Below are positions 18,185 through 27,607 of a stretch of 64,000 bases of DNA, piece by piece (within the stretch, counting starts at the first letter, position 1; each line of letters opens with the position of its first letter). Origin of the DNA: Thermoanaerobaculaceae bacterium (GTDB lineage: Bacteria > Acidobacteriota > Thermoanaerobaculia > Thermoanaerobaculales > Thermoanaerobaculaceae); the NCBI GenBank assembly GCA_035542455.1, contig DATKLI010000066.1, positions 2,870 through 66,869 of the forward strand, given 5' to 3'. Both the position numbers and the translations under genes were made by a program. The notes under the pieces are model-generated. The model saw only the letters and a program-made list of their open reading frames with translations, was not told the origin of the DNA and did not search any database.

Positions 18185-19017
18185 CCGTCGGCGAGCTCCA
18201 GGCGTACGCCGCGGCCGCGCTTTCCCGGCGCGAGGGACTCCCCGACCCGGCGCGGGAGGCGCGCTGGCTGCTGGCGCACGCGCTCGAGCGCCCCGAGGCG
18301 TGGGTCCTCGCGCACCCCGGCGACGGTGTGCCGGAGCGCGCCGAGGCCGTCCTCCGCGACTGGCTCCGGCGGCGGGCCGCCGGCGAGCCCGCGCACTACA
18401 TCACCGGAACGTGCCCGTTCTGGGGACGGCCGTTCGAGGTCACGCCTGCGGTGCTGATCCCGCGGCCCGAGACGGAGCTCATCGTCGAGTGCGCGCTCCG
18501 CCTGCCTCGCGGCGAGCGCCCACGCCTCCTCGACGTCGGAACGGGTTCGGGGTGCCTGGCGGTCACGCTCGCGCTCGAGCTGCCGGGCGCCCGGGCCGTC
18601 GCCACCGACCTCTCGCCGTCGGCCGTGCTCGTCGCCCGCCGCAACGCCCGCGCACTGGGGGCGGAGGTGAGCTTCGCGGTGGGTGACCTGACGGCCCACG
18701 TCCGCGGTCCGTTCGACCTCGTGGTCGCGAACCTGCCGTACGTGCCGGTCGCCGAGATCCCCGGCCTTTCGGTCGAGATCCGCGGCCACGAGCCGCACAT
18801 GGCGCTGGCGGGTGGGGAGGATGGCACCGACCTCATCCGCGGGCTCCTGTCGGACCTCCCCCACCTGCTCGCCCCTGGCGGCCACGCCATGCTGGAGATG
18901 GGGCCACGGCAGCGCGTCAGCCTCGGACCTGTGCTCGCCGGCGCGGGGCTCGCCGAGGTCCACCGCGGTCTCGACCACGCCGGTGTCGAGAGGGTGCTCG
19001 TCGTTCAGCGAGGGTGA
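18181..19017 (+). CDS. prmC: Release-factor glutamine N5-methyltransferase PrmC/HemK
   Basis: GTG at 18181 inside ORF 17656..19017. SAM motif LLDVGTGSGCLAV. The catalytic tetrapeptide reads NLPY (18730-18741) instead of canonical NPPY. Confidence 0.85.
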   Translation: MTVGELQAYAAAALSRREGLPDPAREARWLLAHALERPEAWVLAHPGDGVPERAEAVLRDWLRRRAAGEPAHYITGTCPFWGRPFEVTPAVLIPRPETELIVECALRLPRGERPRLLDVGTGSGCLAVTLALELPGARAVATDLSPSAVLVARRNARALGAEVSFAVGDLTAHVRGPFDLVVANLPYVPVAEIPGLSVEIRGHEPHMALAGGEDGTDLIRGLLSDLPHLLAPGGHAMLEMGPRQRVSLGPVLAGAGLAEVHRGLDHAGVERVLVVQRG

Positions 19018-19067
19018 GCCCGTCCGCACGCTCGCGGGTTCGAGCGTCCGGACGCCGTCTACACGCC

Positions 19068-19153
19068 GGAAGAGGGTAGAGGGTAGCAGGAAGAGGGAGA
19101 GCTGCGACAAAGCTGAAGCCGCGGCCTTCGGGCTCCCCCCTCGCTCCTGCCGC
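19068..19153. repeat. GA-rich/CT-rich element (family member 3, degenerate)
   Basis: ggaagagggtagagggtagcaggaagagggagagc shares GGTAGAGGG/GGAAGAGGG words with members 1 and 4. It is followed by gctcccccctcgctcctgccgcc, and pairing is weak. Confidence 0.5.
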
Positions 19154-19334
19154 CTGGCGGGCCCGCATCGAGGTGCCTGCGGCGCGGCGCCGCTGGACGC
19201 GCGGCTCCCCAGGGACGATCTTGAGTACGGGGGCCTGCTCCCGCCGCGTCCGTGCGCGGACTCGAACGCCACACCAGGACCCTCACCGAGAGGAGCGTGG
19301 CACGAGCGGGCGAACGCCTCCCGGGGAGGACACC

Positions 19335-19754
19335 ATGAGAACCCTCACCATCGCGCTCTCGGCGGCCATCGTCATCGCCGGCTGCGCGCATAACGCCCCG
19401 TCCGGCGTGGGGGCGCGCGCCGAGGCCGCGAGCGACGAAGCCGGCCTCGCCGAGGCGCTCGCGGGTCGGACCGCCGGGCCGCCGCAGGAGTGCGTGGCGA
19501 TGGCGGATCTCGGCGCCCAGCGGTCGTACGGGAGAGGCGTGATCGTGTTCGACGGCCGCACCGAGGACGTCGTCTACGTGAACCGCCCGCCGGTCGCCTG
19601 TCCCGGGCTCGACGCCGGACGGGCGCTCAAGAGCGCGACGACCGTGACGCGGCTGTGCCGCGGCGACATCGTCACCGTGTTCGACCCGGTGGGCGGCGTC
19701 GGCGTCGGCAGCTGCAGCCTCGGCCAGTTCGTCCCCTACCGCCGCACCCGGTAG
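19335..19754 (+). CDS. Hypothetical lipoprotein
   Basis: ATG at 19335 in ORF 19173..19754. MRTLTIALSAAIVIAGCAHN is a lipobox signal peptide. Four further Cys; no recognisable domain. Confidence 0.6.
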   Translation: MRTLTIALSAAIVIAGCAHNAPSGVGARAEAASDEAGLAEALAGRTAGPPQECVAMADLGAQRSYGRGVIVFDGRTEDVVYVNRPPVACPGLDAGRALKSATTVTRLCRGDIVTVFDPVGGVGVGSCSLGQFVPYRRTR

Positions 19755-19809
19755 CGGGCGCGATCGGGAGGCCTCGACCCACGAGGAGAGCACCGCCGCA
19801 CGGCGCATC

Positions 19810-21225
19810 TCAGCGGCGGACCCGGCGCGCGACGCGGCGGCCGTCGACCGGGGAGAACCCCACGCCCGTGGCGCGATCGTACTCGCCGCCCCTGGCCACG
19901 ACGCCGACGTCGAACGCGCCCGCCGGCACCTCCGCGAACGTGAACCTGGGAGAGTCCGTGGACGCGACCCGCCCTCCGGGGCCCCACACCTCGTACCGGG
20001 TCGCGTCCGCCTGCGCCTCCCACTCGAGAGCCAGTGGGGCCGCCGGCGAGACCCTGACGGGCACCCAGTCGGGGTTGCGTGCGCCGTACTGGAGCCTTCT
20101 TCCCCTGTTCCAGCAGTTGCCCGCGCCGTACGTCGGGTCGAACGCGCGAAAGTCGTACCGTCCGGGGAGGAACGCCCCCTCACCGAGCAGCACCCTCGCG
20201 ACCCGGCCGGCCGGGATGAAGCGCGGGATCGCGCTCGAGACGCCGGGGTCGTCGCACGGCCCGATCTCGCCGCGCGCGTCGAGACAGCCGTTGACGTAGG
20301 AGCGCCCGTCGGGGGTCGCGGTCAGCTGCAGCCAGCCGAACAGCGACGCGATCGTGGCGAGCACGGCCGGGTCGCGGTAGAACTCCGGCAGGGGCGTGCC
20401 CGCCAGCCAGTAGGCGTAGAAGGCGTTGGCCAGCTCGATCAGGAGGACCCCGCCGTACACGGCGCTCTGGCCGCCGTGGTTGTTCATCATGACGTACGCG
20501 TTGCCGTCGATCGGCGACGTCTGCACCGTCAGGGCGTACGTCCCCGCCTCGGTCGAGAACGCGAGCCTGAAGTACTCCTCCTCGAGCAGGCGCAGCGCCC
20601 CGTCCCCGACGCGGGCGACGACGTTGGGGAACAGCTGGCGCACCGTCGCGACGGCCTTCAGCATCGACCCGAAGTCCTCGGAGCACGAGTTCCAGGGGTC
20701 GATGCCGCACGACGTGTCGACCCGGAACGTCCGCTCGTCGACGGCGTCCTCCATGATGCGGTCGATCTGCTCCGCGAGCGCGCCGGGGAGCTGTGACCGG
20801 AGCTCGAACGCCCGCACGCCCAGGTCGTACACGACGAACTTGGAGAGCCACCCGTTCCCCCACGTGCCGTCGCCGGCGGAGAAGAGGTAGTACCTGTCGG
20901 CGACGTACTGGAGCGCCGCGACGTCGGCGTCCGCCAGGAGGTCGATGTAGTAGTTGGCCTCCGCCGCGCCGGAACCCGTGCGCTGGAGCCAACTCATGTC
21001 GCCGGGCTCACCCGCCGTGGCGGCCGACACCACCGCCCCGTCCCGGCCCGGGGATGCGGCGCCTGCCGCCGGCGCCGCCAGGCCCGCCGCGCACGGCGCG
21101 AGGAGCACCGCGAACGCGACCGTCCACGCCCGCCACACCTCGGCGGCCAGCGCAGATACCCGGCGCCGCACCTCCGATCCACGATCGGCCCACCTCGTGC
21201 GAGTGTCCGCGGTCCCGACTCTCAT
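19810..21225 (-). CDS. Hypothetical secreted protein, unknown fold, C-terminal beta-sandwich-like tail
   Basis: ATG at 21225 with GGGGAGGTG 4 nt upstream, inside ORF 19810..21306. TM/signal segment VWRAWTVAFAVLLAPCAAG. Well-balanced composition, and I recognise no motif. Confidence 0.65.
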   Translation of the reverse strand: MRVGTADTRTRWADRGSEVRRRVSALAAEVWRAWTVAFAVLLAPCAAGLAAPAAGAASPGRDGAVVSAATAGEPGDMSWLQRTGSGAAEANYYIDLLADADVAALQYVADRYYLFSAGDGTWGNGWLSKFVVYDLGVRAFELRSQLPGALAEQIDRIMEDAVDERTFRVDTSCGIDPWNSCSEDFGSMLKAVATVRQLFPNVVARVGDGALRLLEEEYFRLAFSTEAGTYALTVQTSPIDGNAYVMMNNHGGQSAVYGGVLLIELANAFYAYWLAGTPLPEFYRDPAVLATIASLFGWLQLTATPDGRSYVNGCLDARGEIGPCDDPGVSSAIPRFIPAGRVARVLLGEGAFLPGRYDFRAFDPTYGAGNCWNRGRRLQYGARNPDWVPVRVSPAAPLALEWEAQADATRYEVWGPGGRVASTDSPRFTFAEVPAGAFDVGVVARGGEYDRATGVGFSPVDGRRVARRVRR

Positions 21226-21521
21226 GGGCACCTCCCCGCGCTCCTCGCTCTCCACGCTGGTGCCCGGGCCGACCATGCTCGTGACGGCGCCGCCACGCCG
21301 GAGCAACGGTTGGCCAACGCGGGGGCAACGGATGAATCAGGGCTTCATGACACCGGGGGCGCAACGAACTGGGCTGCCCGAGAGTCTTAGGGCACGTTGA
21401 CGGCACGGAAGCGTCAAAGGGCAAACGCTCAACGGAGGACGCGGCGAGGCAAGTGGTGGAGACGAGACGAGCCGTGGCGAAGCGTGCGCGGCCGCCGCTG
21501 CAGGGTCGACGCTACGCGCGT

Positions 21522-21650
21522 GTAGCCGCGCCGCCCAGAGTGGGCCGGATGCAAGGCGGACGAGGCGGCAGGAGCGGAGCGTAGCCGGAGGCTACGTGAG
21601 CATCCGATCCGACGAGTCCAACGCCGCAGACGGTCCGCTATCGGCGGCGC
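21522..21650 (+). repeat. 129-nt structured interspersed element, copy 2
   Basis: Same length and orientation as copy 1, with 8 mismatches by manual count. It ends exactly at the stop codon (21651) of the ABC permease gene. Confidence 0.85.
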
Positions 21651-22883
21651 CTATCCGCGCAATGCTTCCACGGGAGTCATGCGGGAGGCCGTCATCGCCG
21701 GAAACACCCCCGCAAACAACCCCGTCGCGACCGCGAACGCGATCCCGAGCACGAGGCCGAGCGGCGCGAGCGCGAGCCCCGCGGGGAACGCCGACGACGC
21801 GGCGGCGGTGATCCCGGCGCCGACGAGACAGCCGATCAGCGCGCCCAGCGTCGAGAGCGCGGTAGATTCGACCATGAACTGCAGCAGGATGGCGCGGTCG
21901 GAGGCGCCGATCGCCTTTCGCAGGCCGATCTCGTACAGGCGCTCGGCGAGCGAGATCTTGAGCACCGAGTAGATCCCGATCCCGCCGACGAGCAGCGAGA
22001 TCCCGGCGAGGGAGGCGAGGATGATCGTCCAGTTGCGCAGCTCCTTGGCGACCTCCTTCTCCGCCCGCAGGATCTCGTCGGCGATGTTCTCGACCTCGAA
22101 GTCCGAGATCCCGTGGTGGGCGCGCCGCACCAGCCGCTCGACCTCCTTCTTGACCAGGTTGAGCCTGTCCTTTGAGGTCGTCTTGACGGTGAGGAGAGCG
22201 ATGCGCTCCCCGCCCTGCAGGTACGCGCGGAACGACGAGAGAGGGATCAGCACGCCGTCCATCTCGCGTCGCGTCCACCCCGAGTCCGCCATCTTGTTGC
22301 CGAGCTCGGTTTCGACGCCCACCACGCGGAACAGCGCGTCGCCGATCCGCACGTTCCGACCGAGCGGGCTCTCCGTCCCGAACAGCCGCTCCGCCAGCAG
22401 CTTCCCCAACACCGCGACCTTGCGCGACTCGATCTGGTCGCCCTCGTCGAGCCATCGGCCCGCGCTCACGTTGCGGTCGTGCACCTGCCCGTACGAGGGG
22501 GTGATCCCGTACACCCGGACGCGGCGCTCGACGCCCTGCGCCGAGACCACGAGCTGCGAGATGCGCACCGCCGCCACCGCCTGGATCGCCTCACCCTCCT
22601 CGCGCACGACGCCCGCGTCGGGCGCCTCGAGCCCGCGCGAGTACCCCTGCTTGAGGCGCTCGATCGGGTCCTCGGGCTCGCGCGCCGAGACGAACATCAC
22701 GCCGTCGAACCCGAGGCTCGCGATCCCGTCCCACACCATCACCTTCACGCCCTCGATGATCGTGATCATCACGACCACCGCGGCGGTGCCCAGGATGACG
22801 CCCACGAGTGTGAGCCCCGAGCGGAGCTTGTGCGCCCAGATCTCCGCGAGCGTCGTCCGGACGGCCTCCCAGAACGCCATCAC
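21651..22883 (-). CDS. ABC transporter permease, MacB/FtsX type
   Basis: 410-aa ORF. N-terminal TM (KLRSGLTLVGVILGTAAVV), a large periplasmic domain, and a C-terminal FtsX 3-TM bundle. Confidence 0.85.
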   Translation of the reverse strand: MMAFWEAVRTTLAEIWAHKLRSGLTLVGVILGTAAVVVMITIIEGVKVMVWDGIASLGFDGVMFVSAREPEDPIERLKQGYSRGLEAPDAGVVREEGEAIQAVAAVRISQLVVSAQGVERRVRVYGITPSYGQVHDRNVSAGRWLDEGDQIESRKVAVLGKLLAERLFGTESPLGRNVRIGDALFRVVGVETELGNKMADSGWTRREMDGVLIPLSSFRAYLQGGERIALLTVKTTSKDRLNLVKKEVERLVRRAHHGISDFEVENIADEILRAEKEVAKELRNWTIILASLAGISLLVGGIGIYSVLKISLAERLYEIGLRKAIGASDRAILLQFMVESTALSTLGALIGCLVGAGITAAASSAFPAGLALAPLGLVLGIAFAVATGLFAGVFPAMTASRMTPVEALRG

Positions 22884-22890
22884 CCGCCCC

Positions 22891-24123
22891 TCACTCGTAC
22901 CTGAGCGCGACCACCGGGTCGAGCCGCGCGGCCTTCACCGCCGGGTAGAACCCGAACACGAGGCCGACGCTCGTCGCCGAGGTGACCGCCCCGGCGACCA
23001 TCGCGGGCGTGAGCGCCGCGGGCTGGTTCAGCATCCCCGCCATGATGTGCACGAACCCGACGCCGAGCGCGAGGCCCGCGGCGCCGCCGAGCCCGGTCAC
23101 GATCGCGGACTCGAGGAGGAACTGCACCGCGATGTGCCACCCCTTCGCGCCGAGCGCCTTGCGCACCCCGACCTCGCGCATGCGCTCGGTGAACGAGGCC
23201 ATCAGGATGTTTGCGACGACGATCCCGCCGACGAGCAGCGAGATCAGGCCGCACACCAGGAAGGCGATGTCGTACACCTGGCCGTTCTGGTTCATCTGCT
23301 CCATGCGCTCCTTGCGGGCGTACACCTCGAAGTCGTCCGCTCCGTGGCGGTTGAACAGGAGGCGCCGGAGTGCGGGCACCGCCTTCTCGTAGACGTCCAG
23401 GGAGGACATGTGCAGCCCGATCTGGTCCACCTTGCGCTCGCCGGCGCCGATGTGGCGCGCCTGCATCGTGGTCACCGGCACGAGCACCATCTCGTTCATC
23501 CACCCGAGCGCGTTGTATGTGTCGCCGGCGTTCCAGTAGAACTCGCGGTACTGCTGCACGCCGGCGATCGTGTACAGGTGGTCGCCGATGCGGAGCGTCT
23601 TGCCGACCGGGTCCTCGCTGCCGAAGAACTCGCGCGCGCGGTCGGCACCCAACACGCACACGGTCGCGGAGGCGCGCACGTCGTCGTCCGTGATGAAGCG
23701 GCCGCTCTCGAGGCGCAGCTCGTTGAGCTCCGCGTACAGCGGCCCGACGCCGCTCACCTCGTAGCGCTTGGTCGCGCGCGCGCTCGTGATCTGGAGGCGG
23801 CGGTCGACCTCGGGCTCCACCAGGTCGAACCCCGGAATCGACGCGCGGATCGCCGCGATGTCGTCGAGCGTGAGCCCGCGGCTCGCCATCTCGCGCGCGG
23901 AGGCGTGCACCGTCTCGGCCTGCTTCGTCCACACGAGGACCTTGAGCACGCCGCCGCTCTGCGTGAAGTACTGCATGCTCTGCGCCCGGCCGCCCGCGGT
24001 GAGGCCCATGGTGGCGACCACCGACGCGACCCCGAGCACGACCCCGAGCGTCTGCAGCGCGGTCCGCCCGGCGTGCGCGCGCACGTCCGCGAAACCGTCC
24101 GAGACCACCTCGAGGAGGTTCAT
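22891..24123 (-). CDS. ABC transporter permease, MacB/FtsX type (second paralog)
   Basis: 410-aa ORF with the same architecture (RTALQTLGVVLGVASVV ... REVGVRKALGA). Confidence 0.85.
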   Translation of the reverse strand: MNLLEVVSDGFADVRAHAGRTALQTLGVVLGVASVVATMGLTAGGRAQSMQYFTQSGGVLKVLVWTKQAETVHASAREMASRGLTLDDIAAIRASIPGFDLVEPEVDRRLQITSARATKRYEVSGVGPLYAELNELRLESGRFITDDDVRASATVCVLGADRAREFFGSEDPVGKTLRIGDHLYTIAGVQQYREFYWNAGDTYNALGWMNEMVLVPVTTMQARHIGAGERKVDQIGLHMSSLDVYEKAVPALRRLLFNRHGADDFEVYARKERMEQMNQNGQVYDIAFLVCGLISLLVGGIVVANILMASFTERMREVGVRKALGAKGWHIAVQFLLESAIVTGLGGAAGLALGVGFVHIMAGMLNQPAALTPAMVAGAVTSATSVGLVFGFYPAVKAARLDPVVALRYE

Positions 24124-24816
24124 CTACGCCGCCCTCGCCTCGTCGAGCGAGATCCGCCCGTCCACGATGCGGATGATCCGGTGCGCGTGCGCGGCGACAC
24201 CCGGATCGTGCGTCACGATGATCACCGTCTGGCCGAACCCGTTGAGGGCGTCGAAGATGTCCATCACCTCGCCCCCCGAGGTCTGGTCGAGGTTCCCGGT
24301 GGGCTCGTCCGCGAGCAGCAGCGCGGGCCGGGTGACGAGTGCACGGGCGATCGCGGCGCGCTGGCGCTGCCCGCCCGAGAGCTGGCTGGGCATGTGCTTC
24401 TCGCGGTCGGCGAGGCCGATGTGGTCGAGCATCTCGCGGGCGCGGGCCTTGCGCTCCTCGGCGCCGATCCCCGCGTACAGCATCGGCAGCTCGACGTTGC
24501 GCAGCAGCGTCGCCCGGGACAGCAGGTTGAAGCTCTGGAACACGAACCCGATGAACTTGTTGCGGAGCGCCGCGAGGCGGCCGGGCGAGAGGTTGGCGAC
24601 CTCCTCCCCGGCGAGCCGGTAGCTCCCGGCGGTCGGCGTGTCGAGGCAGCCGAGGATGTGCATCAGGGTGGACTTGCCGGAGCCGGACGGGCCCATGATC
24701 GCGATGTACTCGCCCTGTTCGACCGCCAGGTCGATGCCGCGCAGCGCCTCGACCGCGACCTCGCCGGCGTCGTAGACCTTGCGCACGCCCTCGAGGACGA
24801 TCAGCGGCTCGCTCAC
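24124..24816 (-). CDS. ABC transporter ATP-binding protein (MacB/LolD-like)
   Basis: GTG at 24816 with AGGAGG upstream; only the last 230 codons of ORF 24124..25977 are real. Walker A GPSGSGKST, signature LSGGQRQR, Walker B LLLADEPT. Confidence 0.9.
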   Translation of the reverse strand: MSEPLIVLEGVRKVYDAGEVAVEALRGIDLAVEQGEYIAIMGPSGSGKSTLMHILGCLDTPTAGSYRLAGEEVANLSPGRLAALRNKFIGFVFQSFNLLSRATLLRNVELPMLYAGIGAEERKARAREMLDHIGLADREKHMPSQLSGGQRQRAAIARALVTRPALLLADEPTGNLDQTSGGEVMDIFDALNGFGQTVIIVTHDPGVAAHAHRIIRIVDGRISLDEARAA

Positions 24817-24827
24817 CGGTTCTCCTC

Positions 24828-25997
24828 CTACTTCTTCGGCCGCGTCGGGTCCTCGAGCGCGACCTCCTGCCCCGCGGTCAGCCCGGCCATGATCTGCACG
24901 TGGGACATCGAGGAGATCCCGGTGTCCACCTTGCGCTCCTCGAACTGCTGCTTCCAGGCGTCGCGCGGGTTCGGAGTTGCCTTCGGCGCGGGCTGCTTGC
25001 CGACCGGCGCCGCCTTCTTCAGGTAGACGACCTCGCCGTCCTCGCGGTGGAACACCGCCTCCAGGGGCACCGCGAGCACGTGGTCGGCCCGGTCGCCCTT
25101 GATCGTCACGTTCGCCGTCATCCCGGTGCGCAACTCCTTCCCCTGGTTGTCGAGCGTGACCTCGACGTCGAACACCTTGACCTGGTCCTGCAGGCGGGCC
25201 GCAGGAGCGATCCGGGAGACCTTTCCGGCGAAGCGCACCTTCGGGTACGCGTCGAGCGTGATCAGGACCGGCGCGGCGAGCCGGACCTTGCCGATGTCCA
25301 CCTCCGAGACGCCGGCCTTGACGATCATCTTGGAGAGATCCGCCACGGTGGCGATCACGGTCCCGGCGTTGAACGACCCGGCGCCCGTCACCGCCTCGCC
25401 GAACTCCACCGAGCGCGTGATCACGACTCCGTCCATCGGCGAGCCGATGTTGAGAACCTGGTTCGGGTTCGTCGAGAGCGGGATCCCCGACGACTCGACG
25501 ATCCCCGCCTTCTCGCGCGCGGCGGCGAGCGCCTCCCGGTTGGTCTTGAACCGGGTCTCGGAGGTGCGCAGAGCCTCGTCCGACAGCAGGCCGCTCTTGT
25601 ACAACTCGAGCTTGGCCTTGTAGTCCTTCTCGGCGTCGGAGAAGTCGATCTCCTGCTGGTTCACCGACCGGCGGACCGCGGCGAGCGTCTGGGCCTGGTT
25701 GACGTCGGGCTCGATCGCCGCCAGGAGCTGCCCCTTCCTCACCACGTCGCCCTCGCGGACCGGAAGCTCCACGACCTTGCCGGACAGCGCGGACTTGACG
25801 TCCACCTTGACCTCGGGCTGGACCGTCCCGATCTCGGTGACCTCGACCTGGACGTCGGCGAAGTCGGCCTTCGCGATCGGCGTCTCGTCCTTGGCCTGCG
25901 CGTTCCCCTTGGAGCGCGACCCGAGCGCCACGGTCGTTCCGACCACGACCACGCCGACGGCGACACCGATGAGCCACCTCTTGCGCTTCTTCGTCAT
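24828..25997 (-). CDS. Efflux periplasmic adaptor (HlyD/MacA-family membrane fusion protein)
   Basis: Likely start is MTKKRKRWLIGVAVGVVVVG (ATG 25997) inside ORF 24828..26054. It has lipoyl-like, coiled-coil and beta-barrel segments. Confidence 0.85.
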   Translation of the reverse strand: MTKKRKRWLIGVAVGVVVVGTTVALGSRSKGNAQAKDETPIAKADFADVQVEVTEIGTVQPEVKVDVKSALSGKVVELPVREGDVVRKGQLLAAIEPDVNQAQTLAAVRRSVNQQEIDFSDAEKDYKAKLELYKSGLLSDEALRTSETRFKTNREALAAAREKAGIVESSGIPLSTNPNQVLNIGSPMDGVVITRSVEFGEAVTGAGSFNAGTVIATVADLSKMIVKAGVSEVDIGKVRLAAPVLITLDAYPKVRFAGKVSRIAPAARLQDQVKVFDVEVTLDNQGKELRTGMTANVTIKGDRADHVLAVPLEAVFHREDGEVVYLKKAAPVGKQPAPKATPNPRDAWKQQFEERKVDTGISSMSHVQIMAGLTAGQEVALEDPTRPKK

Positions 25998-26079
25998 GAC
26001 GGCCTCCAGCCGAGACATCAGTTCATACGTCCACCGGCACCGGGTTGTTCTCAAGACGCCGGCGCGCGCGGTCGCGCTC

Positions 26080-26508
26080 TCAGCGGCCGGGCGCCCGCAG
26101 GAAGCGGCCGAGCGAGGCCTGGTTGAGAGCGGCGAGGGCGCGCCCGAGAGATGCCGCCGGCACGAGGAAGTGGTCGGTGTCGTGGCTCGAGAACACCATC
26201 ACCGGCACTCCCACTTCGGCCAGGGCGCCGCTGACCGTCGCGAGGACGCCCACGGTTCCGAGCGGGAACACCGCCTCGAGGGTGAGCGCCCGCCACCCCC
26301 TGAACACCTCGTCGCCGGGCAGGGCGAGGTCGCCGATCACATCCTCGGGCGCGAGCACGCTCACCTCGCCGTGGCCGACGATCACCGCGACCGGGGGACC
26401 GCCTACGGTGTGCGAGGGGAGACCTTCAGGGACGGTGTCCAGTCGGGCGATCGCGTACACCTGCGGCCAGAGACGCACGCCGACCACCGGCTCCTGGAGA
26501 GGTTCCAT
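26080..26508 (-). CDS. ACT-domain-containing protein
   Basis: 142-aa ORF. Its C-terminal half (GVLATVSGALAEVGVPVMVFSSHDTDHFLVP) resembles ACT_7/CASTOR-type ACT domains. Confidence 0.6.
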   Translation of the reverse strand: MEPLQEPVVGVRLWPQVYAIARLDTVPEGLPSHTVGGPPVAVIVGHGEVSVLAPEDVIGDLALPGDEVFRGWRALTLEAVFPLGTVGVLATVSGALAEVGVPVMVFSSHDTDHFLVPAASLGRALAALNQASLGRFLRAPGR

Positions 26509-26531
26509 CTCGTTCTCGTCAGTGGTGTGGG

Positions 26532-27410
26532 TCAGTAGGCGTCGAGGATGTAGTAGAGCGGGTTCTGCTTCTCACCGTCTTTCCAGACCTCGTAGTGGAG
26601 GTGCGGCCCCGTCGTGCGCCCGGACATCCCCACCTTCCCGATCGGCTGGCCGCGGGTGACCCGGCTGCCCTCCTTGACGAGGAAGCGGTCGAGGTGTCCG
26701 TACATGGTGGTGTAGCCGTAGCCGTGGTTGATCTTGAGGAGGCGGCCGTACCCGCTGTCCCGGTCCGCGAACGTCACGACGCCGTCCGCCGGCGCCGAGA
26801 TCACGGTGCCGAACGCGACCGAGATGTCGAGCCCGTCGTGGAAGGCGGGCTGGTGGGTCACCGGGTCGATCCGGGGCCCGAACCCGTCCGTGATGACGCC
26901 CACCACCGGTGCCACCACCGGCGTGTGCGACAGGACGAGCGCCTGCTCGGAGAGCCGCTTCTCGACCTTCGCGAGCTGTTGATCGAGCTGTTCCTGCTTC
27001 CGGACCAGCGCCTCGGGCTCGCCCGCCAGCCTGGTCAGCGGGCCGCCGCTGCCGGCGACGGCGGGCGCGGCACCGCTGGTGTCGGAGAACAGGTTGGCGA
27101 CCCCGGCCGCGATCGCCAGCGCCTTCGTGCGCTGCTCGAACTGCGCCAGTCTCGTCTGGACCTGCGTCAACGTCTGGGCCAGGCGCTGGTTGTTGCCCTT
27201 GAGCTGCTTGTTCTCGCTCTGGAGGGCGCGGAAGAGGGCACGCTGACGGAGGAAGTTGCCCGACGCCACGATCGAGACGACGGACAGGACGGCGACCGCG
27301 ATCCCGAGGAACGCCAGTGATTTGAGGAGGACCGGAGAGAGCTGGATCTTGAAGACCTTGCCGTGGGCGTGAGGAACGATGATGATCGTGCTGTGTCGCT
27401 TCTCAGTCAC
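26532..27410 (-). CDS. M23-family metallopeptidase (peptidoglycan DD-endopeptidase type) with coiled-coil N-terminus
   Basis: GTG at 27410 with GAAGGAGG 8 nt upstream, inside ORF 26532..27563. HDGLDI and MYGHL...GPHLHYEV zinc-ligand motifs. Confidence 0.85.
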   Translation of the reverse strand: MTEKRHSTIIIVPHAHGKVFKIQLSPVLLKSLAFLGIAVAVLSVVSIVASGNFLRQRALFRALQSENKQLKGNNQRLAQTLTQVQTRLAQFEQRTKALAIAAGVANLFSDTSGAAPAVAGSGGPLTRLAGEPEALVRKQEQLDQQLAKVEKRLSEQALVLSHTPVVAPVVGVITDGFGPRIDPVTHQPAFHDGLDISVAFGTVISAPADGVVTFADRDSGYGRLLKINHGYGYTTMYGHLDRFLVKEGSRVTRGQPIGKVGMSGRTTGPHLHYEVWKDGEKQNPLYYILDAY

Positions 27411-27607
27411 GCCTCTCGCCTCCTTCAGGACGGCATTACCTCGATCTCGAACCGGCACAGCCTCGCGTGCTGCGACTAATGATGCTGCCACAGCCTTTTT
27501 GTCGCTGTCAAGCAACCGGGGGGCACCCCGTAAGTACCTGGGAAAGCTGGTGAACCGACCCACCCGGAGAAGGCCCGAAACGCCGGGAAACCAGTTGGAG
27601 GTGGACC

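Noticed and set aside
22021-25026. 1001-aa plus-strand ORF across the ABC operon
   Set aside because: It is antisense to four genes with Walker/FtsX/MFP signatures, and its composition is Arg/His/Asp/Glu-rich without motifs.
27411-27607. TPP riboswitch upstream of the YkoF-like gene
   Set aside because: I could not find the CUGAGA and ACCUGAUCUGGAUAAUGCCAGCG-type cores by eye. It is kept only as an unclassified structured leader.
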